From contig CATOCA020000031.1 of NCBI GenBank assembly GCA_951406725.2, positions 1 through 46,372 of the forward strand: 46,372 nt of DNA. Direction: 5' to 3'. Shown piece by piece: positions 37,200-46,372 of this stretch (positions within the stretch are counted from its first letter, which is position 1; each line of letters starts with the position of its first letter). The position numbers were made by a program, and so were the translations under genes. The DNA is from Octopus vulgaris (taxonomy: Eukaryota). The notes beneath the pieces were generated by a model. It saw only the letters and a program-made list of their open reading frames with translations. It made no database searches and had not been told where the DNA came from.

Positions 37200-37306
37200 A
37201 TTTCTTACTGATGAGTCTAAGGGCCTATGGTGGATTGGCTTGATTTAATTTAATCAGGTTAGTTTACCATTAAACGGTAGATGAAACGGTGCATCGTCTA
37301 AGAAAT
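37200..37306 (+). ncRNA. Type I hammerhead ribozyme
   Basis: Identical copy. Confidence 0.9.
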
Positions 37307-37539
37307 TACAGGGTAAAAGTTTTTCAATTTTCTCCTGGTTTACGGTATTAATGTTATTTTGCGGTTAAAGCTTTTGGCTGTTATTTCTAGTGGGTGAATG
37401 GCCTATTATGGCCGTTCCTTGATTGTGATATATAATATANNNNNNNNNNNNNNNNNNNNNNNNNNNNNNNNNNNNNNNNNNNNNNNNNNNNNNNNNNNNN
37501 NNNNNNNNNNNNNNNNNNNNNNNNNNNNNNNNNNNNNNN

Positions 37540-37655
37540 CCTGCGTATTGGCTAAGCCTGTGGAAGCGAGTGAAGGCGAGATATATATACAGAGAGAGAG
37601 AGAGACAGTGATAACAGAGGGAGAAACCGACACCACATAGCGAGAGAGAGAGAGC

Positions 37656-37695
<40 letters not shown>

Positions 37696-38178
37696 GTGAT
37701 AACAGAGGGACAAAACGACACCGCGCAATGGGAGAAGATGAGATTTTTAGGCGGCAGAAAGAAAGACAGGATTTGAGATGGAATGCTTTGCGATCGTGTG
37801 CATAAGTTTCTATGAGGAAGTTGGGAAAAGATGGGTTAGAGATTTAGCGACAGAAAGAAAGACCAAATTTGAGAAGATGTTTTTAAGTTTTTGTAACGAT
37901 GAAAGTTTATATGCTTCAGCTAGCATTTGAGACGAAAGACAACGATAACGCCAATATGGGTAGGTGGGGAAACAATAATAATAAGAAGGCTTGATGGTGA
38001 TGATGTGGGCCTCTTGCAAAAACAATGAAAAGAGGAACAGGACTTAGCTGATGTTTTTCATCCTGCGTATTGGCTAAGCCTGTAAAGCGATAGTGGATTG
38101 AGGCGAGATATATAACAGAGAGAGAGAGAGACAGTGATAACAGAGGGAGAAACCGACACCACATAGCGAGAGAGAGAG

Positions 38179-38233
<55 letters not shown>

Positions 38234-38712
38234 GTGGGGACAGAGGGACAAAACGACACCGCGCAATGGGAGAAGATGAGATTTTTAGGCGGCAGAAAGA
38301 AAGACAGGATTGAGATGGAATGCTTTGCGATCGTGTGCATAAGTTTTTATGGGGAGTGGAAGTTGGGAAAAAGATGGGTTAGAGAATTTAGCGACAGAAA
38401 GAAAGACCAAATTTGAGACGAGATGTTTTTACGAAGTTTTTATGATAAGTTTATATGCTTCAGCTAGCATTTGAGACGAAAGACAACGATAACGCCAATA
38501 TATGGGGAAACAATAATAATAAGAAGGCTTGGTATGGTGATGATGATACTTTGCAAAAACAATGAAAAGAGGAACAGGACTTAGCTGTATTTTTCATCCT
38601 GCGTATTGGCTAAGCCTGTGGAAGCGAGTGAAGGCGAGATATATATACAGAGAGAGAGAGAGAGACAGTGATAACAGAGGGAGAAACCGACACCACATAG
38701 CGAGAGAGAGAG

Positions 38713-38769
<57 letters not shown>

Positions 38770-39243
38770 GTGATAACAGAGGGACAAAACGACACCGCGC
38801 AATGGGAGAAGATGAGATTTTTAGGCGGCAGAAAGAAAGACAGGATTTGAGATGGAATGCTTTGCACATCGTGTGCATAAGTTTCTATGAGTGAAGTTGG
38901 GAAAAGATGGGTTAGAGAATTTAGCGACAGAAAGAAAGACCAAATTTGAGACGAGATGTTTTTGCGAAGTTTTTGTAAATGAAAGTTTATATGCTTCAGC
39001 TAGCATTTGAGACGAAAGACAACGATAACGCCAATATATGGGGAAACAATAATAATAAGAAGGCTTGATGGTGATGATGATACTTGCAAAAACAATGAAA
39101 AGAAGGAACAGGACTTAGCTGATATTTTTCATCCTGCGTATTGGCTAAGCCTGTGGAAGCGAGTGAAGGCGAGATATATACAGAGAGAGAGAGAGACAGT
39201 GATAACAGAGGGAGAAACCGACACCACATAGCGAGAGAGAGAG

Positions 39244-39288
<45 letters not shown>

Positions 39289-39773
39289 GTGATAACAGAG
39301 GGACAAAACGACACCGCGCAATGGGAGAAGATGAGATTTTTAGGCGGCAGAAAGAAAGACAGGATTTGAGATGGAATGCTTTGCGATCGTGGGTGTACAA
39401 GTTTCTATGAGTGGAAGTTGGGAAAAGATGGGTTAGAGAATTTAGCGACAGAAAGAAAGACCAAATTTGAGACGAGATGTTTTTGCGGTTTTTTGTAAAT
39501 GAAAGTTTATATGCTTCAGCTAGCATTTGAGACGAAAGACAACGATAACGCCAATATTAGATGGGGAAACAATAATAATAAGAAGGCTTGATGGTGATGA
39601 TGATACTTGCAAAAACAATGAAAAGAAGGAACGAGGACTTAGCTGATATTTTTCATCCTGCGTATTGGCTAAGCCTGTGGAAGCGAGTGAAGGTGAGATA
39701 TATATACCGAGAGAGAGAGAGAGAGACAGTGATAACAGAGGGAGAAACCGACACCACATAGCGAGAGAGAGAG

Positions 39774-39808
<35 letters not shown>

Positions 39809-40299
39809 GTGATAACAGAGGGACAAAACGACACCGCGCAATGGGAGAAGATGAGATTTTTAGGCGGCAGAAAGAAGACAGGATTTGAGATGGAATGCTT
39901 TGCGATCGTGTGCATAAGTTTCTATGAGTGGAAGTTGGGAAAAGATGGGTTAGAGAATTTAGCGACAGAAAGAAAGACCAAATTTGAGACGAGATGTTTT
40001 TGCGAAGTTTTTGTAAATGAAAGTTTATATGCTTCAGCTAGCATTTGAGACGAAAGACAACGATAACGCCAATATTAGATGGGGAAACAATAATAATAAG
40101 AAGGCTTGATGGTGATGATGATACTTGCAAAAACAATGAAAAGAAGGAACAGGACTTAGCTGATATTTTTCATCCTGCGTATTGGCTAAGCCTGTGGAAG
40201 CGAGTGAAGGTGAGATATATATACAGAGAGAGAGAGAGAGAGAGAGAGACAGTGATAACAGAGGGAGAAACCGACACCACATAGCGAGAGAGAGAGAGC

Positions 40300-40341
<42 letters not shown>

Positions 40342-40827
40342 GTGATAACAGAGGGACAAAACGACACCGCGCAATGGGAGAAGATGAGATTTTTAGGCGG
40401 CAGAAAGAAGACAGGATTTGAGATGGAATGCTTTGCGATCGTGTGCATAAGTTTCTATGAGTGGAAGTTGGGAAAAGATGGGTTAGAGAATTTAGCGACA
40501 GAAAGAAAGACCAAATTTGAGACGAGATGTTTTTGCGAAGTTTTTGTAAATGAAAGTTTATATGCTTCAGCTAGCATTTGAGACGAAAGACAACGATAAC
40601 GCCAATATTAGATGGGGAAACAATAATAATAAGAAGGCTTGATGGTGATGATGATACTTGCAAAAACAATGAAAAGAAGGAACAGGTCGGGACTTAGCTG
40701 ATGTTTTTCATCCTGCGTATTGGCTAAGCCTGTGTAAGCGAGTGAAGGCGAGATATATATACAGAGAGAGAGAGAGACAGTGATAACAGAGGGAGAAACC
40801 GACACCACATAGCGAGAGAGAGAGAGC

Positions 40828-40881
<54 letters not shown>

Positions 40882-41357
40882 GTGATAACAGAGGGACAAA
40901 ACGACACCGCGCAATGGGAGAAGATGAGATTTTTAGGCGGCAGAAAGAAAGACAGGATTTGAGATGGAATGCTTTGCGATCGTGTGCATAAGTTTCTATG
41001 AGTGGAAGTTGGGAAAAGATGGGTTAGAGAATTTAGCGACAGAAAGAAAGACCAAATTTGAGACGAGATGTTTTTGCGAAGTTTTTGTAAATGAAAGTTT
41101 ATATGCTTCAGCTAGCATTTGAGACGAAAGACAACGATAACGCCAATATATGGGGAAACAATAATAATAAGAAGGCTTGATGGTGATGATGATACTTGCA
41201 AAAACAATGAAAAGAAGGAACAGGACTTAGCTGATATTTTTCATCCTGCGTATTGGCTAAGCCTGTGGAAGCGAGTGAAGGCGAGATATATATACAGAGA
41301 GAGAGAGAGACAGTGATAACAGAGGGAGAAACCGACACCACATAGCGAGAGAGAGAG

Positions 41358-41394
<37 letters not shown>

Positions 41395-41873
41395 GTGATA
41401 ACAGAGGGACAAAACGACACCGCGCAATGGGAGAAGATGAGATTTTTAGGCGGCAGAAAGAAAGACAGGATTTGAGATGGAATGCTTTGCGATCGTGTGC
41501 ATAAGTTTCTATGAGTGGAAGTTGGGAAAAGATGGGTTAGAGAATTTAGCGACAGAAAGAAAGACCAAATTTGAGACGAGATGTTTTTGCGAAGTTTTTG
41601 TAAATGAAAGTTTATATGCTTCAGCTAGCATTTGAGACGAAAGACAACGATAACGCCAATATATGGGGAAACAATAATAATAAGAAGGCTTGATGGTGAT
41701 GATGATACTTGCAAAAACAATGAAAAGAAGGAACAGGACTTAGCTGATATTTTTCATCCTGCGTATTGGCTAAGCCTGTGGAAGCGAGTGAAGGCGAGAT
41801 ATATATACAGAGAGAGAGAGAGACAGTGATAACAGAGGGAGAAACCGACACCACATAGCGAGAGAGAGAGAGC

Positions 41874-41919
<46 letters not shown>

Positions 41920-42881
41920 GAGATAACAGAGGGACAAAACGACACCGCGCAATGGGAGAAGATGAGATTTTTAGGCGGCAGAAAGAAAGACAGGATTTGA
42001 GATGGAATGCTTTGCGATCGTGTGCATAAGTTTCTATGAGTGGAAGTTGGGAAAAGATGGGTTAGAGAATTTAGCGACAGAAAGAAAGACCAAATTTGAG
42101 ACGAGATGTTTTTGCGAAGTTTTTGTAAATGAAAGTTTATATGCTTCAGCTAGCATTTGAGACGAAAGACAACGATAACGCCAATATATGGGGAAACAAT
42201 AATAATAAGAAGGCTTGATGGTGATGATGATACTTGCAAAAACAATGAAAAGAAGGAACAGGACTTAGCTGATATTTTTCATCCTGCGTATTGGCTAAGC
42301 CTGTGGAAGCGAGTGAAGGCGAGATATATACCGAGAGAGAGAGAGAGAGAGAGAGACAGTGATAACAGAGGGAGAAACCGACACCACATAGCGAGAGAGA
42401 GAGAGAGAGAGAGACATAGTGATAACAGAGGGACAAAACGACACCGCGCAATGGGAGAAGATGAGATTTTTAGGCGGCAGAAAGAAAGACAGGATTTGAG
42501 ATGGAATGCTTTGCGATCGTGTGCATAAGTTTCTATGAGTGGAAGTTGGGAAAAGATGGGTTAGAGAATTTAGCGACAGAAAGAAAGACCAAATTTGAGA
42601 CGAGATGTTTTTGCGAAGTTTTTGTAAATGAAAGTTTATATGCTTCAGCTAGCATTTGAGACGAAAGACAACGATAACGCCAATATATGGGGAAACAATA
42701 ATAAATAAGAAGGCTTGATGGTGATGATGATACTTGCAAAAACAATGAAAAGAAGGAACAGGACTTAGCTGATATTTTTCATCCTGCGTATTGGCTAAGC
42801 CTGTGGAAGCGAGTGAAGGCGAGATATATATACAGAGAGAGAGAGAGACAGTGATAACAGAGGGAGAAACCGACACCACAT

Positions 42882-42944
<63 letters not shown>

Positions 42945-44422
42945 GTGATAACAGAGGGACAAAACGACACCGCGCAATGGGAGAAGATGAGATTTTTAGG
43001 CGGCAGAAAGAAAGACAGGATTTGAGATGGAATGCTTTGCGATCGTGTGCATAAGTTTCTATGAGTGGAAGTTGGGAAAAGATGGGTTAGAGAATTTAGC
43101 GACAGAAAGAAAGACCAAATTTGAGACGAGATGTTTTTGCGAAGTTTTTGTAAATGAAAGTTTATATGCTTCAGCTAGCATTTGAGACGAAAGACAACGA
43201 TAACGCCAATATATGGGGAAACAATAATAATAAGAAGGCTTGATGGTGATGATGATACTTGCAAAAACAATGAAAAGAAGGAACAGGACTTAGCTGATAT
43301 TTTTCATCCTGCGTATTGGCTAAGCCTGTGGAAGCGAGTGAAGGCGAGATATATATACAGAGAGAGAGAGAGAGAGAGAGAGACAGTGAAACAGAGGGAG
43401 AACCGACACCACATAGCGAGAGAGAGAGAGAGAGAGAGACATAGTGATAACAGAGGGACAAAACGACACCGCGCAATGGGAGAAGATGAGATTTTTAGGC
43501 GGCAGAAAGAAAGACAGGATTTGAGATGGAATGCTTTGCGATCGTGTGCATAAGTTTCTATGAGTGGAAGTTGGGAAAAGATGGGTTAGAGAATTTAGCG
43601 ACAGAAAGAAAGACCAAATTTGAGACAAGATGTTTTTGCGAAGTTTTTGTAAATGAAAGTTTATATGCTTCAGCTAGCATTTGAGACGAAAGACAACGAT
43701 AACGCCAATATATGGGGAAACAATAATAATAAGAAGGCTTGATGGTGATGATGATACTTGCAAAAACAATGAAAAGAAGGAACAGGACTTAGCTGATATT
43801 TTTCATCCTGCGTATTGGCTAAGCCTGTGGAAGCGAGTGAAGGCGAGATATATATACAGAGAGAGAGAGAGACAGTGATAACAGAGGGAGAAACCGACAC
43901 CACATAGCGAGAGAGAGAGAGAGAGAGAGAGACATAGTGATAACAGAGGGACAAAACGACACCGCGCAATGGGAGAAGATGAGATTTTTAGGCGGCAGAA
44001 AGAAAGACAGGATTTGAGATGGAATGCTTTGCGGTGTGTGACATAAGTTTCTATGAGTGGAAGTTGGGAAAAGATGGGTTAGAGAATTTAGCGACAGAAA
44101 GAAAGACCAAATTTGAGACGAGATGTTTTTGCGAAGTTTTTGTAAATGAAAGTTTATATGCTTCAGCTAGCATTTGAGACGAAAGACAACGATAACGCCA
44201 ATATATGGGGAAACAATAATAATAAGAAGGCTTGATGGTGATGATGATACTTGCAAAAACAATGAAAAGAAGGAACAGGAACTTAGCTGATGTTTTTCAT
44301 CCTGCGTATTGGCTAAGCCTGTGGAAGCGAGTGAAGGCGAGATATATACCGAGAGACAGAGAGAGAGAGAGACAGTGATAACAGAGGGAGAAACCGACAC
44401 CACATAGCGAGAGAGAGAGAGC

Positions 44423-44464
<42 letters not shown>

Positions 44465-44924
44465 GTGACACCGCGCGCAATGGGAGAAGATGAGATTTTT
44501 AGGCGGCAGAAAGAAAGACAGGATTTGAGATGGAATGCTTTGCGATCGTGTGCATAAGTTTCTATGAGTGGAAGTTGGGAAAAGATGGGTTAGAGAATTT
44601 AGCGACAGAAAGAAAGACCAAATTTGAGACGAGATGTTTTTGCGAAGTTTTTGTAAATGAAAGTTTATATGCTTCAGCTAGCATTTGAGACGAAAGACAA
44701 CGATAACGCCAATATATGGGGATAAATAATAATAAGAAGGCTTGATGGTGATGATGATACTTGCAAAAACAATGAAAAAGAAGGAACAGGACTTAGCTGA
44801 TATTTTTCATCCTGCGGTATTGGCTAAGCCTGTGGAAGCGAGTGAAGGCGAGATATATATACAGAGAGAGAGAGAGACAGTGATAACAGAGGGAGAAACC
44901 GACACCACATAGCGAGAGAGAGAG

Positions 44925-44977
<53 letters not shown>

Positions 44978-45454
44978 GTGATAACAGAGGGACAAAACGA
45001 CACCGCGCAATGGGAGAAGATGAGATTTTTAGGCGGCAGAAAGAAAGACAGGATTTGAGATGGAATGCTTTGCGATCGTGTGCATAAGTTTCTATGAGTG
45101 GAAGTTGGGAAAAGATGGGTTAGAGAATTTAGCGACAGAAAGAAAGACCAAATTTGAGACGAGATGTTTTTTGCGAAGTTTTTGTAAATGAAAGTTTATA
45201 TGCTTCAGCTAGCATTTGAGACGAAAGACAACGATAACGCCAATATATGGGGTAACAATAATAATAAGAAGGCTTGATGGTGATGATGATACTTGCAAAA
45301 ACAATGAAAAGAAGGAACAGGACTTAGCTGATATTTTTCATCCTGCGTATTGGCTAAGCCTGTGGAAGCGAGTGAAGGCGAGATATATATACAGAGAGAG
45401 AGAGAGACAGTGATAAACAGAGGGAGAAACCGACACCACATAGCGAGAGAGAGA

Positions 45455-45506
<52 letters not shown>

Positions 45507-45990
45507 GTGATAACAGAGGGACAAAACGACACCGCGCAATGGGAGAAGATGAGATTTTTAGGCGGCAGAAAGAAAGACAGGATTTGAGATGGAATGCTTT
45601 GCGATCGTGTGCATAAGTTTCTATGAGTGGAAGTTGGGAAAAGATGGGTTAGAGAATTTAGCGACAGAAAGAAAGACCAAATTTGAGACGAGATGTTTTT
45701 GCGAAGTTTTTGTAAATGAAAGTTTATATGCTTCAGCTAGCATTTGAGACGAAAGACAACGATAACGCCAATATATGGGGAAACAATAATAATAAGAAGG
45801 CTTGATGGTGATGATGATACTTGCAAAAACAATGAAAAGAAGGAAACAGGACTTAGCTGATATTTTTCATCCTGCGTATTGGCTAAGCCTGTGGAAGCGA
45901 GTGAAGGCGAGATATACAGAGAGAGAGAGAGAGAGAGAGACAGTGATAACAGAGGGAGAAACCGACACCACATAGCGAGAGAGAGAGAGC

Positions 45991-46030
<40 letters not shown>

Positions 46031-46372
46031 AAGTGATAACAGAGGGACAAAACGACACCGCGCAATGGGAGAAGATGAGATTTTTAGGCGGCAGAAAGAA
46101 AGACAGGATTTGAGATGGAATGCTTTGCGATCGTGTGCATAAGTTTCTATGAGTGGAAGTTGGGAAAAGATGGGTTAGAGAATTTAGCGACAGAAAGAAA
46201 GACCAAATTTGAGACGAGATGTTTTTGCGAAGTTTTTGTAAATGAAAGTTTATATGCTTCAGCTAGCATTTGAGACGAAAGACAACGATAACGCCAATAT
46301 ATGGGGAAACAATAATAATAAGAAGGCTTGATGGTGATGATGATACTTGCAAAAACAATGAAAAGAAGGAAC
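37540..46372. repeat. Satellite, ~17 units of ~495-540 bp, each with two variable (GA)n tracts
   Basis: CTGCGTATTGGCTAAGCC recurs at ~37541, 38063, 38599, 39134 ... 45872. Length variation is mostly in (GA)n. Confidence 0.97.

Larger units (their letters stand above)
34126..37429. repeat. 484-bp HHR-containing tandem array (retrozyme-like): ~1.6 minus-strand units (34126-34904) and ~5.2 plus-strand units (34902-37429)
   Basis: Unit spacing 484, 484, 484, 490. Units essentially identical. The array ends in TA. Confidence 0.95.

Noticed and set aside
37365-46142. Recurrent ORFs with SLSL/RERE and HHHH
   Set aside because: They derive from (GA)n and (GAT)n within the satellite, and frames vary with repeat length.
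34126-46372. CRISPR-like or rRNA/5S/snRNA tandem array
   Set aside because: Units are fully repeated with no unique spacers, and I recognise no rRNA or snRNA sequence. The context is eukaryotic.
37540-46372. Hammerhead ribozyme in the second satellite
   Set aside because: No CTGANGA...GAAA core with flanking stems was found on either strand by eye.

Overview
Repeat-only eukaryotic scaffold made of nine contigs joined by eight 100-N gaps. It is very (TA)n-rich; the SINE and repeat style suggests an octopus or other cephalopod (inference). No host gene is supported, and nearly all YI/IY, SL/RE and HT ORFs are microsatellite artefacts. The window holds kb-scale (TA)n tracts with retroelements inserted in them. 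These include several families of APE-endonuclease/RT (CR1-like) LINEs, almost all on the minus strand. One LINE has an ORF1 with a Myb/SANT-like domain plus two CCCH fingers. A tRNA-derived SINE shares a covarying 3' RNA structure with the LINEs. Two Penelope-like element (PLE) fragments (GIY-YIG) carry type I hammerhead ribozymes (HHR). A near-perfect 484-bp tandem array carries a complete type I HHR in every full unit, is retrozyme-like, and has a PLE-style divergent inversion. A related HHR-bearing element lies at the window start. The window ends in a ~17-copy, ~520-bp purine-rich satellite.
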